The notes: generated from the letters alone by a model not told the origin. DNA of 64,000 nt from an uncultured Verrucomicrobiae bacterium (GCA_963762565.1 CAVXLD010000004.1:96001-160000), one strand, 5' to 3'; shown: positions 10,570-20,702, numbered from the stretch's first letter. Translations and numbers: made by a program.

Positions 10570-10866
10570 TTAGATACTCTTTGGTGTCCGCCATATCTGA
10601 TCGGTTAAGTCAAGATCCGGCAGTGGCTTAGAATAGCTTGTGTTGTGAAGAATCCTCGCGCCTTTATTCGGGTTAATCCAAGGCGCGGACGTAAACGCGT
10701 TCAGCCGGGTGAAGTTAGCTACGCTCAAACCAACGTCGTTAGCTAGGAAGCCCGACAGCAAACCTTCGCTAAAACCTAACGTGCGAGATAAACGGGCTTG
10801 GCTACATTGATTCTCGAAAAGCCACTCTTTTACCTGGCGTCGAAGTTGGAAATAAGGATCTTGCAT
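10570..10866 (-). CDS. XRE-like helix-turn-helix protein
   Basis: CSQARLSRTLGFSEGLLSGFL pattern. Confidence 0.65.
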   Translation of the reverse strand: MQDPYFQLRRQVKEWLFENQCSQARLSRTLGFSEGLLSGFLANDVGLSVANFTRLNAFTSAPWINPNKGARILHNTSYSKPLPDLDLTDQIWRTPKSI

Positions 10867-11179
10867 AATTCTAAATACACTTCAGTCTCGTTGAAGGCTT
10901 AACTGTATTTGAAATAGAGACTCTCGGATCTACATAGGTGCAAAACGATGCGCCACCCGTTGCTAAATTCGGGATGAATCGTACGAGAGCTTGTTAATCG
11001 ATGTCGGTGCGCGCGGTAAGTTATGGTTTTGGCAAAATGTCAAACGGGTTCCTTGTAAGCCTAAAGAAAATGTAACCGCGCGGGCCGCATCGAGGAGATT
11101 GTTAGTTAGTTGCTGCAAGAGCCTCGATCGTCCTTGGTTAGCGATCGAGGTTCACTGTTTTAGAATTACGATTTCAAGC

Positions 11180-11719
11180 ATGAGTACGCCGAATAAAATC
11201 GATTCCATCGTTGGCGATCCACGAGTTCACGCAATTTTAGCCGCCGCGTCCTTCAACGGATTGATCTGGTTAACGCCAGACGGCAAACGCTATCCGATCT
11301 TACAGAGAATCGCCGAACTATACCCAACCGCTTCGCGATCCTTGCGCCAACACGTTGTGCGTCGCCTTAGCGGACGAGAGCGTAAGCCCGTTAAACGCAC
11401 TGCCAGCCCACCGAAACGCGCGGACGTCGCTAGAGTGTCGAGGCTACCCAAGCCGCCCAAATGTCGCGCCAGAGTCAAACTTGCAATTGCAACGGCAGCA
11501 CCGCAAATTACGTTGCCGCCGATTAAAGAGGTGGAGCATCGAGCACAGAAACGCACTAGCTTTTCGTTTCTAGGCCCAGATGGGTTTACAGGCTATTCGT
11601 TCGACTCTTTTGGCGAGGCGAGGCAGGCCCGCGAGGCTCTAAGGCCAGAATACACTCAGGCTGAGATTTTCAACCAAGTGAAACGCGCACCCGGTAGGCC
11701 CTGCGGCTCGGACGAGTAG
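11180..11719 (+). CDS. Basic hypothetical protein
   Basis: ATG at 11180 (MSTPNKID) within ORF 10991-11719, followed by a terminator-like hairpin. Confidence 0.5.
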   Translation: MSTPNKIDSIVGDPRVHAILAAASFNGLIWLTPDGKRYPILQRIAELYPTASRSLRQHVVRRLSGRERKPVKRTASPPKRADVARVSRLPKPPKCRARVKLAIATAAPQITLPPIKEVEHRAQKRTSFSFLGPDGFTGYSFDSFGEARQAREALRPEYTQAEIFNQVKRAPGRPCGSDE

Positions 11720-11751
11720 TAACGACGGGCGGCCCGGATCTTTTGAAAGAC

Positions 11752-11784
11752 AAGGAGCCCGAATTTTCTCCGGGCTCCTTCTTC
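11752..11784 (+). terminator. Intrinsic terminator-like hairpin
   Basis: aaggagcccg-aattttctc-cgggctcctt followed by cttc. Confidence 0.55.
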
Positions 11785-12726
11785 GTGCTCAGTCTAAGAA
11801 TGTACGGTCAGATCATCAATTCAAAGGCTGCCCACGGATTTGGGGGGGGATCTAAGATTTCCCTAACAAGGCGTCGCCCTCCAATATGTATTTGAAAGTC
11901 TTGTAAAAGCTTTTGCGTATTGCAGAAGGTCAAGCGAAAGCTGATCGCGCCGTCAGCCGGTCGGCATGGGGCCAGCAACGCGGACGAGGCTCTCGCCAAT
12001 CGCTGCGGCTTTTGCGTTCGGGCTCGCCGCCTACAAGTCAGGCCTGTGCGCTTCCAATAGCTGGCATTCTTGCTCAAGCCACAGTCGGACATAAGGCGCG
12101 ATCGTTGGCACGGAGCTAGAGAGATGATTCATCGAATTAAGCCAAGCCTCTTGTTCCAAGTCAGTGGATGACCGGCCCTGAGAGCTGAACGTCACAGTCG
12201 AGCCGTCCTTGTGTCTCCATATAAACAAAAAATTCTCGGTTCCCATCCCTGGGTTGGATTCTAAATTCGAAAAATGTTAGCGAACACGCTTTGAAGGGGA
12301 GTCTTCCAGAGCGCCCTGCAACCCTCCAATATGTAATGCAAAGCGTTGTGAGAGCTTTTGGGTATGGCAAAACGTGAACCCAAAGCTGATTGCAACGCCA
12401 GAACGCTGCAAGTCTTGTAGGCGATTCGGAACGTCTTTAGAGATTCTAGGACAAAAAAAGAGACAGAGGCGCAAGGAGCGGCGAACTAGAATAGGAGCCC
12501 GGGGGACCGTGCACGGACGCATTGCCCGACTTCGCATCTGGGTGCCTCCATGAGGTGCCCGGTGCCTGCTCCCGAACAAGGGAACGCGGATCGTTCGGGC
12601 GCTTAACGGTTAGAGGGGGGGGAAAAGGTCATTCTGCTGGAGCAGAGTGACCTTTTCATTGTTGAGCCGCCCACAAGCCCCTCCAGACGTTCGCAAATCG
12701 CTTAGCGCATGCTTCGGCGGTCCACT

Positions 12727-14034
12727 TCATTTTTTCAATCCGCGTTCCAATTCAGCCTCTAGTCTCTCGATTTTATTAGCCGCAATTGCTGCTTCGTTTG
12801 GGGTGCACCCGCGATCCACTGTCATTTTCTTTATTTTGAGATAACGCATTAAGTCCGCTTTTCTCTCGTCGATTTGTTCTTGTCTGACAGCAAATTCCTC
12901 TTTTGTTAGTCTTCGCGGTACATCGGGCACATCGGTCACCGGTTCCGGCGTTTGTGGATCACCGCAAACCATTTTCACAACTTCTGCAACGTCCTCGGCA
13001 TGCTGACGGGCTTTCTCAGACTTGATAGCCTTCGCCTTTGTCACCTCGGCTGGTTCGACATAGTTTTTTCCCTTCCATCGGCGGCGTCCGACTCTGACGA
13101 CGGGCATCATGTTTTCGTCTCTCACGCTGTTGCAGAGGTTGCGCCATTTGTAGTGCGCATACTCCTCCAGATCCATTTCTCGAATCTCTGTTGACGGTGA
13201 GGACGCTTGAAACTGCTCTAGAATACCGATTCGCTGCGGGTCCTTAATAACCCAACCTGGTATATCGTTGACGTGCGTTTCTGGCATCGCGCCGAACAAT
13301 ATCCAAAGCTTGACCTGAACGTCGGTCTTCGGTTTGCGGCTCGCTTTCTCTTGGGCTAGCGCTGCTCTCGCCTTTTCAATCTCGGCATCGCTCGGGTTAG
13401 CAACGCTGGGGTGAGTGCCCGACCAAAGACTGGAGCCGTGAGAAACGAAGAATCCTTTTTTGTTCCTTCCTGTGTGGTGAATTGATTCCGCAGCTTCACG
13501 GTCACAACCGCAAATCTTCATTATTTCTTCTAACAGAGCAGCCAATGACCTGACTGTTATTTTGCTAAATTTATCTCGGTGTGTGTCTTCAACCTTCCAG
13601 TCGCCGATTTTGCCGGACTTCGGCGAGATACCGAACCGAAAACTTGGCTCGGTGCCGTGGTACGACAACCATTGTCCGGTGCCCTTCTTAGCCCGGTTAT
13701 TCTGTGCGTCCCATTCAATAACGAATATCTTGGAATCCAACTCAGGACATTTAATCGGGCGGCCTCGTGTGAGTGCTCTCCTGGCTGCTAACGCGGCTTG
13801 ACTTGGTCCCGCAAGAATATTGTTCCAATAGTCATTGCAAAAAGCTAACTGCTCTTTGCTCAGCATATCAACTTCGATCTCGCTAAATTGACACCCCGGA
13901 CATAACGAATAGAAACCGGGGTACTTTATTTTGGCGTGCTCTCTAGCTATCGCTACCAACCAATCGTTTTCGTTTCGTATCGACCAGCCGCTAGCAAATG
14001 TTGATGGGTCTACCTTTTTGACTTCAGCTGTCAT
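12727..14034 (-). CDS. Hypothetical protein with C-terminal DUF2786-like helical motif
   Basis: 435 aa ORF; terminal KIKKM...TPNEAAIAANKIERL resembles DUF2786. Confidence 0.7.
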   Translation of the reverse strand: MTAEVKKVDPSTFASGWSIRNENDWLVAIAREHAKIKYPGFYSLCPGCQFSEIEVDMLSKEQLAFCNDYWNNILAGPSQAALAARRALTRGRPIKCPELDSKIFVIEWDAQNNRAKKGTGQWLSYHGTEPSFRFGISPKSGKIGDWKVEDTHRDKFSKITVRSLAALLEEIMKICGCDREAAESIHHTGRNKKGFFVSHGSSLWSGTHPSVANPSDAEIEKARAALAQEKASRKPKTDVQVKLWILFGAMPETHVNDIPGWVIKDPQRIGILEQFQASSPSTEIREMDLEEYAHYKWRNLCNSVRDENMMPVVRVGRRRWKGKNYVEPAEVTKAKAIKSEKARQHAEDVAEVVKMVCGDPQTPEPVTDVPDVPRRLTKEEFAVRQEQIDERKADLMRYLKIKKMTVDRGCTPNEAAIAANKIERLEAELERGLKK

Positions 14035-14273
14035 CCGAGACCCCTTCTATTAAAAAGCGCGATGGGGTCCGAACGCGTGCCCCCCCTTGCGGGGGAGGCG
14101 CGGTAGCGCCAGCGTTTGGTGCCCCGGAGCGCAATCGTTCGATAGAGAGTCAGTCAGTCTCGAAAAGATAATTCCTCTTAAGGCTTCTTGGGTACTGCAC
14201 AACGCGACTCCGTCGCCCGCGTTGGGAGCGGCTGCGGTTGCGCAGTACCTAAGAAGATATGAGACATGCTCGC

Positions 14274-14468
14274 ATGTCTCGCTGGCGCTGTACTGACTCA
14301 TGCTAAAATGTCTCGCTAGACTATACAGACCAGTACCGGATATGTCTCGCTGGTTAGACTGACCAGTACCAAAACATCTCGCTGGCGTGCAGTCACGATA
14401 TCCGACAGCATTGTCTCGGGAGATCATGACTACATAGTCACGGTAAACGTCTCCGAAAAGAGACGTTT
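14274..14468. repeat. Array of ~34-bp-period repeats (core ATGTCTCGCT), iteron-like
   Basis: Cores at 14274, 14308, 14342, 14374; degenerate copies at 14411 and 14447. Confidence 0.75.
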
Positions 14469-14584
14469 GCGAAAGACTCCGCTTGCAAACCGACGAGAAT
14501 AGTTTACCATCGAAACACTTTAGTTTGTTTTGTTGCTGCTCGGATCCGCTCACCTTCGCTCGGTGAGCGTTTCCATTTATAGGC

Positions 14585-14824
14585 TCATCGGGCGGGCTCA
14601 TGTTTGCGGTCCTTTCGTGGTCGTCCTCGCTTGAATTCTCCTGCGTCTCGCCGGTTCAGATAATCTCTGGAATCTTCTGGCATGATAAAGAATCGTCCGC
14701 CAACACGGGTGGCCTGCAGCTTCCCTTTGTGGATGTGGTATATGACCATCAGTTTCGAGATACCCGCCTGACGAGCCATTTTCTCAGTAGTGACTAGGTC
14801 GTTCGGATTAAATTGGTAGTTCAT
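14585..14824 (-). CDS. Excisionase-like HTH DNA-binding protein
   Basis: LVTTEKMARQAGIS...IHKGKLQATRVGGRFFI is the typical Xis/HTH_17 pattern; ends in an AT-hook-like RGRPRK. Confidence 0.85.
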   Translation of the reverse strand: MNYQFNPNDLVTTEKMARQAGISKLMVIYHIHKGKLQATRVGGRFFIMPEDSRDYLNRRDAGEFKRGRPRKDRKHEPAR

Positions 14825-15090
14825 CGTGATAATTAACTTTTTGTCGTTTAATATTAACTACACCATTAGACGTGCGAAGACGCCGAGGGTTCAAAAGTTA
14901 GTTGAAGGTTAAAGACGATTTTAAAGCATAAGAAAGTTAGACGAAACTAACTTGGATTTGTATAGTCAAAACAACAAGTGACTGTTGTCATTTCAAACTA
15001 TTTGTTAATCTAACAAATGTCACGACGAGCCTAGTTGCGGACTGAATGTAATAAGCTTGAAACGTATGGCAGTCCGACCGAAAATCGGCT

Positions 15091-15534
15091 ATGGATAGAC
15101 CCCCCACTTCAGAAGAAGAACGATTCGCGAAACTGCTAGAAGCGGAAATCGAACCTAGATTTTACCTCAGAGTAAAACGCGAACGCCAAGCGGAGACGCT
15201 AGAAGAAGTTCATGATTCTTACCGACTTCTTATGAGAGCCACGGATGTTTCGGGATGGACACCCGAGAGATGCCATTTCTCAAGTCAATTAAACATAACA
15301 ACCATTGGCGGAGATATCTTGAAGATGTGGGTACGAACCGTCGCCGACTTAGTTGTCGAAAGGCTTCTTAGTATTATTCCGAAATCGGAAGGCAGAATCG
15401 TGTTAATGGTGACTTCGCTTGTTTTCTTGGCAGATCCGAAAGATCCTGGCGCTGAGATATTTAATAATTATATCTCATTTCAGTATCATGTCGACGAGGT
15501 GGGTATCAGAGGCGTCCGCTGGTCGCCTGCATAG
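15091..15534 (+). CDS. Hypothetical protein, divergent from the xis operon
   Basis: 147 aa ORF with ATG start, in the position usually held by a repressor. Confidence 0.55.
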   Translation: MDRPPTSEEERFAKLLEAEIEPRFYLRVKRERQAETLEEVHDSYRLLMRATDVSGWTPERCHFSSQLNITTIGGDILKMWVRTVADLVVERLLSIIPKSEGRIVLMVTSLVFLADPKDPGAEIFNNYISFQYHVDEVGIRGVRWSPA

Positions 15535-15570
15535 GCTGTTCGAACCACCACGGCGCTGTCATTATGACAA

Positions 15571-15600
15571 CAAAAAGGCCGGATTGATTACCGGCCTGTT
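15571..15600 (-). terminator. Intrinsic terminator downstream of the integrase
   Basis: On the minus strand: aggccgg-taatcaat-ccggcct followed by a T-run. Confidence 0.65.
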
Positions 15601-15601
15601 G

Positions 15602-16882
15602 TCAGGAGATTTTGTGCTTTACCTCGTCGGATTCGGGCTTTTCTTGCCCGAGTAAATGATTCAGCGCCTCGCCTAACTCCTCGGGACTTTCGACCATGCG
15701 CAACTTGAACCATTGCGCGCCAGTCTCCGGAGTCAGCACTTCTAAGTAGTGCCTTTTGATGGTCGCCTCCGACGTGCCCGCCCAACGCGACAATTGCGCA
15801 ATTCCCGCATCAGGATTCGCGGCCAGCCAATGCGATATCGCTGAACGTCGCAAGCCGTTGTGGATAATCTGGACGTCGGCAATCTGATGCACCAACCGCA
15901 ACCATTTGCTGAACTCAACATGCATCACCGGCACGATTGGTCCGGCGCTGCCTTTGTATGGCTCAATCCACCGCAATAGAGCGTCGGTTATCGGCACAAA
16001 TCTTTCGTTGCCTGCCTTGCGTTTTGTTGCTTTGCCGACGCTAGCGCGAACGTGAATGCGCTTATTTTTCCAGTCTACATCTTCCCATTTCAGAACGTCT
16101 TCGGCAGCATACAGTTTGACCAGTTCAGAGGTCCGAAACCAGCCAAACCCTTGCAGCGCCAATGCGGGGATCAACCAACTTGGAAGCTTTTCGCTATTGC
16201 CTGCCACATGTATCAACAGCTCGCCGAATTTAATGCCGGTATAGACTTGCTGTGCCACGTGTGGAACGTCGGGCGCTTTCAGTAAATCAATCGGGTTCTC
16301 AATCAACCATCGATGCCGCACACCATAGTCAAACAATGGCTTGATTCTCTTGAAGTAGCTTCTGATGGTCCACGGTTCCGCTGGTACCTCTCTCTTTTTC
16401 TTCCCCTTCCCTTTCTTAACTTTTAGACCGTGTAACCAAGTCTCAAGTTCGCCGCTGTGAATCTGGTGCATTAAGCGGTCGGGAAATGCTTCAGAAAACG
16501 TCTTTTGGCGGTGGCGTATGTCTGATGCGGTTCGCTTGCTAACCTTCGGCAAATGCCATTCCTGAAATGCTACAACAGCATCCTGTACAGTAATAGGCTC
16601 GATCGATCCCGAACCTGTCGCCTTCCAATGCGCGATGACTTCGGCAAGCTTTCCGAGATCGCCCAATTGCTGACGCGCAAAACAAATCCAAGTCCGTTCT
16701 TCTGCGGTCACCATAGAGCGCCCGTGCTCTTCGACATCGCCCGCTCTTTTCTTAATATCCTTTTTAGCCGCGTCTTCGCTCTCGAAATACGCCATCTCGC
16801 GCTTACCGGCTTTATTGGAAAGCCTGACAGGATATTGCACTACCCAGCGGCCATCTTTCTTGAATGGTTTGGGACGCTTCAT
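15602..16882 (-). CDS. int: Tyrosine recombinase/integrase
   Basis: GWFRTSEL (Arg), VGKAT (Lys), NGLRRS, WAGTS and RHY (Tyr) motifs; adjacent to the tRNA att site; likely start MKRPKP at 16882. Confidence 0.92.
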   Translation of the reverse strand: MKRPKPFKKDGRWVVQYPVRLSNKAGKREMAYFESEDAAKKDIKKRAGDVEEHGRSMVTAEERTWICFARQQLGDLGKLAEVIAHWKATGSGSIEPITVQDAVVAFQEWHLPKVSKRTASDIRHRQKTFSEAFPDRLMHQIHSGELETWLHGLKVKKGKGKKKREVPAEPWTIRSYFKRIKPLFDYGVRHRWLIENPIDLLKAPDVPHVAQQVYTGIKFGELLIHVAGNSEKLPSWLIPALALQGFGWFRTSELVKLYAAEDVLKWEDVDWKNKRIHVRASVGKATKRKAGNERFVPITDALLRWIEPYKGSAGPIVPVMHVEFSKWLRLVHQIADVQIIHNGLRRSAISHWLAANPDAGIAQLSRWAGTSEATIKRHYLEVLTPETGAQWFKLRMVESPEELGEALNHLLGQEKPESDEVKHKIS

Positions 16883-17009
16883 GTTGTGCCGCAGTTTACA
16901 GCATGTACGCAGCAAACGCAGCAAATTTTACGAGAAGAGAGATGGCGACCCACTTTCTACCTTGTGTTATTAAGCGCCAGTAACCGATTGATTAACAGCT
17001 ACTTAAGTC

Positions 17010-17083
17010 TGGCTACCGCGCATGGATTCGAACCATGAATAACGCCTCCAAAGGGCGCTGTGTTACCGTTACACCACGCGGTA
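17010..17083 (-). tRNA. tRNA-Gln (anticodon TTG)
   Basis: taccgcg acceptor stem, D-arm, anticodon loop CT-TTG-GA, GGTTCGAATCC T-loop and encoded CCA. Confidence 0.97.
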
Positions 17084-17379
17084 AAGCGAGGACGAAACAC
17101 TTAAGGCAAAACCCCGGATTCGCAAGGGGCAATATTGTGCCGGCAGCGAGACAGAAAACGCATTTCACAGAAGATCACAAAGGACACAAAGACAGATTCA
17201 ACAGAAGTAACAGAGGCAACGGAGGCTTTGGAGGGGGTGCAAATCTGGGCACAGCTGTGGTTGGGTTTTCACCTGTTTTCGTTCGTACCCTGTCGGACTT
17301 TTTTGCGATCTTTGCGATCTTTCGTGGCTATTATTGTCTTTTTTTGGCCCACGTCGATTCGGCTTTGTGTCGAAGCCCG

Positions 17380-17649
17380 CTAAGTGGGCAAAAGTTCCAT
17401 TGTCCAACAATCACAGCCCTGATTTACCCTTGGCAGGTTTGGGAGCGCATCCTCCTTATACGGCTCAGGATTGTAAATGGTGACCCGTCGCTCCGTGGTA
17501 TGCTTGGCTAGAAAAACGGTTTGCACGAACGCCTGCGCTGAGTCGCTCTTAGTAAGCTGATGAAGGCCGCATTCGATACCGACAAGATAGTGGTAGGTCT
17601 CGCCCCCTTCTCCCGTTTCTACCCGGACAGAGTAGACGTTTTCGGGCAT
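17380..17649 (-). CDS. Small hypothetical protein
   Basis: Likely start MPENVYSV at 17649; the longer ORF in the track runs through a repeat. Confidence 0.45.
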   Translation of the reverse strand: MPENVYSVRVETGEGGETYHYLVGIECGLHQLTKSDSAQAFVQTVFLAKHTTERRVTIYNPEPYKEDALPNLPRVNQGCDCWTMELLPT

Positions 17650-17817
17650 GGAGAGAAGTATAGCACTTCTGCGGGCGATTTTCGGTCGCATGTGCTGGAA
17701 AATGTTGGAATTCTGAGAGACGTCGACCTCTAGAAGATTACGTTCTTTGGGGCACATTCTTTGGCACCGGAGTCGACGACCAATCGCCAGGGGAACGTTA
17801 CCTCCGAGGACGCTCCT

Positions 17818-17910
17818 CATACCGTACCCTCCGGGACGGATCTCGGTTTGCACGTGTCCCAGGCAGTAAACTGCCTGGCTACCCTCAGTCAGTCCCTCCG
17901 GGACGAAGTC
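17818..17910. repeat. REP-like palindromic repeat (gtccctccgggac family)
   Basis: Two gt(a)ccctccgggacg palindromes around a ccaggcagt/actgcctgg hairpin; related element at ~42580-42665. Confidence 0.6.
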
Positions 17911-17942
17911 CCAGTAGCACCCATGCCGACTCCAGACCTCGT

Positions 17943-20099
17943 TCAATTGATCATCACAACCTTCAGGCCACCTGGCCGGTCAGCGGGACTGAGGGTAACG
18001 CCTTCGCTCGACCGATGTATTTCGAGATCGATGGAAGTCTGTCCCACTCTAAGCCCCCGGATACGCACCTCCGGTAACGATTCTGGTAACCGTGGATAGC
18101 GGAAATAAAGGGTTGCTTCCGACGCGCGAATACTGAGACCTAGACAGGCTTGCAGGAGCAGGAATACGGCTCCAGCTGCCCAGGCTTGGGGAGAACAAGC
18201 CGTCGGATAAAGCGTAGGTCCTATTCCTGGTTGTCTCGAGAAACCGCAAAACAACTCTGGCAACCGATGCAGATCGAGGAAAACGGAAGCATCGAATAGG
18301 CCGGCCAAAATTTGGCAGGCAAGCTCTTTATGCGGCGTCTGGGCACAACCAAACCCGATCAACGCGTTGTCGTGCGGCCAGACAGAACCATTGTGATAGG
18401 ACATGGGGCTAAAACGTTTTTCGGAGCTGGCAATCGTGCGAACACCCCAGCCCGAAAAGAAGCTTTCTCCAGAGAAAGCATCGATCAGTTCCCGCGCTCG
18501 ATCCGGCTGGGCAATCCCCGTGAAAAGACAATGACCAGCGTTCGAACTGCGTACCCGGCATTGACGTTTATCTCGATCTAAGGCTAACGCGTAAAAGGAA
18601 ATTTCCTGACACCAAAACGCGTCCTCGAACCGTTGACGGAGCGACTCAGCTTCACGCTCTAAGCGCTCCGCTTGCGCATTGTGCCCTAAGACCCTTGCCA
18701 AACCAGCGATCCCTCGTTTTGCGGCATAGACATAAGCTTGCAGCTCACAAATCGCGATCGGCCCCTCAGCCAGTTCACCATCGGCGTGGAAAACGGAATC
18801 AGACGAATCTTTCCAGGACTGATGGATCAAGCCATTTTGCGATCGGCGGCCATACTCGATAAAACCGTCACCGTCCCGATCTCCAAATTGATCGATCCAT
18901 CTCAGAGCCAGCTCGATATTTGGCCAGATCGCTTTGATGCAATCCAGGTCTCCGGTTCGTTCGAAATAAGCCGCCGCGAGGTACAAGAACAATGGGGTCG
19001 AATCCGCACTTCCGTAATAGCGGCCAAACGGAACTTCTCCGATTCGAGCTAGTTCACTCTGGCGGGTTTCGTGCAGGATCTTACCCGGTTCGGCGTCCTG
19101 GTTCGGGTTGTGCTCCGTCGCTTGGGTGGCGGCCAGATAGCGGAGAACGCCCTTGGCGAGCTCAGGATAGACCCAGAGATATTCTAAGGCCGTTATGATG
19201 CCGTCTCGTCCGAAGGGAGTGCTGAACCAGGGAATCCCGGCATAAGGATATAAGCCCTCCGGCGTGCGCGTGATCAGCATCTGAAGATCCGCTCGAGAAC
19301 GGTCAATCCAGTCATTGAACTTTTCGTTTGATGTCCGAATCTCGCAGCTATCTCTTTCGATCTGCTCATGTGCAGACGTCCTGACGTTGCCGTGATGACG
19401 AGATGATGACTGTTCCCCACCTGCCGAACAGGAGACCGATAGACTGAATACCTTTTCCTCCTGCGGCTCGAGCTCGATCGGGAAACGCATTTCTGAAGCG
19501 CCAACCACTACCGGTTTTAACGTTGATGCGATCGTTGTTTTTCGCAGGATTTTGTCCAGGCCTTGATACGAGAAGCTAAGAGAGGCTTGGCCTATCTCGG
19601 GGCTGAGCAGTTGCCTCTGTTTGTTACTCGGATACCCTCGAACTTCAAATATATCCGCGAAATCGGCTTCCAGCTCTAAGACCAACTCTAAGCCAACTGG
19701 GAGGAGGCTATAGTTGCGGACGCAAATTTCTTCTCGGCACTCGTTTTCCAGAAGAAACTTGGTTCGTTGAACATGGACAGCGCGGGGACGCAATCTACGG
19801 TCACCCGGTAACTCGAGATCTGAATTTGTCAGATCGACGAGCAGCCGGGCGTTATCTTCTGTAACCATCGAACTCAGCAATACGAGCGAACCGTTCGCCA
19901 ATCGCAGCACCGATTTCGAAAGATGCCTCGATTCATTGTAGAAGAGACCATGTCCGCCGGTCGCGAGCGCACGGAGATCGCCGCATCGGTCAAAGACCGC
20001 GAACAGATCGCCCCGCATCAAGACATGCGTCTGGATATCGATCAGCGAAGATTCGGCGTGAATATAAAGCTCGTTCCCGAGCTCGATGAAGTCGGGCAT
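17943..20099 (-). CDS. Amylo-alpha-1,6-glucosidase / glycogen debranching enzyme family
   Basis: YAGIPWFSTPFGRDGI, EPGKILHE, WKDS and YHNGSVWPHDN motifs. Confidence 0.93.
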   Translation of the reverse strand: MPDFIELGNELYIHAESSLIDIQTHVLMRGDLFAVFDRCGDLRALATGGHGLFYNESRHLSKSVLRLANGSLVLLSSMVTEDNARLLVDLTNSDLELPGDRRLRPRAVHVQRTKFLLENECREEICVRNYSLLPVGLELVLELEADFADIFEVRGYPSNKQRQLLSPEIGQASLSFSYQGLDKILRKTTIASTLKPVVVGASEMRFPIELEPQEEKVFSLSVSCSAGGEQSSSRHHGNVRTSAHEQIERDSCEIRTSNEKFNDWIDRSRADLQMLITRTPEGLYPYAGIPWFSTPFGRDGIITALEYLWVYPELAKGVLRYLAATQATEHNPNQDAEPGKILHETRQSELARIGEVPFGRYYGSADSTPLFLYLAAAYFERTGDLDCIKAIWPNIELALRWIDQFGDRDGDGFIEYGRRSQNGLIHQSWKDSSDSVFHADGELAEGPIAICELQAYVYAAKRGIAGLARVLGHNAQAERLEREAESLRQRFEDAFWCQEISFYALALDRDKRQCRVRSSNAGHCLFTGIAQPDRARELIDAFSGESFFSGWGVRTIASSEKRFSPMSYHNGSVWPHDNALIGFGCAQTPHKELACQILAGLFDASVFLDLHRLPELFCGFSRQPGIGPTLYPTACSPQAWAAGAVFLLLQACLGLSIRASEATLYFRYPRLPESLPEVRIRGLRVGQTSIDLEIHRSSEGVTLSPADRPGGLKVVMIN

Positions 20100-20167
20100 A
20101 GGTGGTTAGCGTTAGGTACTCGTAGCAAGTTCAACTTCGGGCATCCAGGTTGCAATTGGCCGCGCGA

Positions 20168-20432
20168 CCCGAAGGGGTCGCCACCCGTGGAGCGCTGCCT
20201 CGCTTGCGAGGCCGTGGTGAGCAGGGAGATATAGCTTTCCGCACCCAACTTTTTTGTCTGCGCTCTGTTGCGGTCGATAGGAGACTCTAGATCACCACCT
20301 GGTTCCAACGACCTCGTGTAAATCTCGCGTCCGAGCTACATGCGCCACGATAGAGCACGGCACGGGTCGGGGCATGACATGACGCTCTCTCCCTGTTCAC
20401 AACGGCCTCGCCAGCGAGGCAGCGCTCCACGG
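20168..20432. repeat. REPIN-like element of the gtggagcgctgcctcgc family
   Basis: gtggagcgctgcctcgcttgcgaggccg at ~20188 with an inverted partner at ~20403-20431. Confidence 0.7.
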
Positions 20433-20702
20433 TTCCGACCGATTCACCCCCAATTTCCGGTTGCTCCGCTGCAACTCACCACCTAGGGTGATGCATTCCT
20501 GATAGGTAGCTAGGGTTCCGTCGCACTTGGGAACGAGCGCGGGCCTGGACCAAGCGCTACAGAAAGCTGTCGTCGCTCGCTTTCAAAGGAGCCCAACGAT
20601 GGCTGGCACCTGATGGCATAAAAGGCTCGGGGGGATCACGGATGCAGATACGGCTTGTCCTGTCTGCAACCTGAAACCAGTAACTCTGACTTTGTGCCTT
20701 AG

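Larger units (their letters stand above)
2024..17053. mobile_element. ~15 kb tRNA-Gln-integrated element (phage-satellite-like or defective prophage)
   Basis: Flanking 44-bp direct repeats, integrase adjacent to the tRNA, Xis-like HTH, phage-type protease, many short hypothetical ORFs, visibly more AT-rich stretches than the flanks. Confidence 0.93.

Noticed and set aside
14274..14468. CRISPR or TIGR-type guide array
   Set aside because: The conserved core is only ~10 bp, the intervening sequences resemble each other, the period drifts from 32 to 37 bp, and no cas or Nop-domain gene was recognised nearby
14050..14601. 183-aa ORF as a real protein
   Set aside because: It runs through the DNA repeat array and has no recognisable motif. 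It is coupled to xis, so it is not excluded, but it is unsupported.
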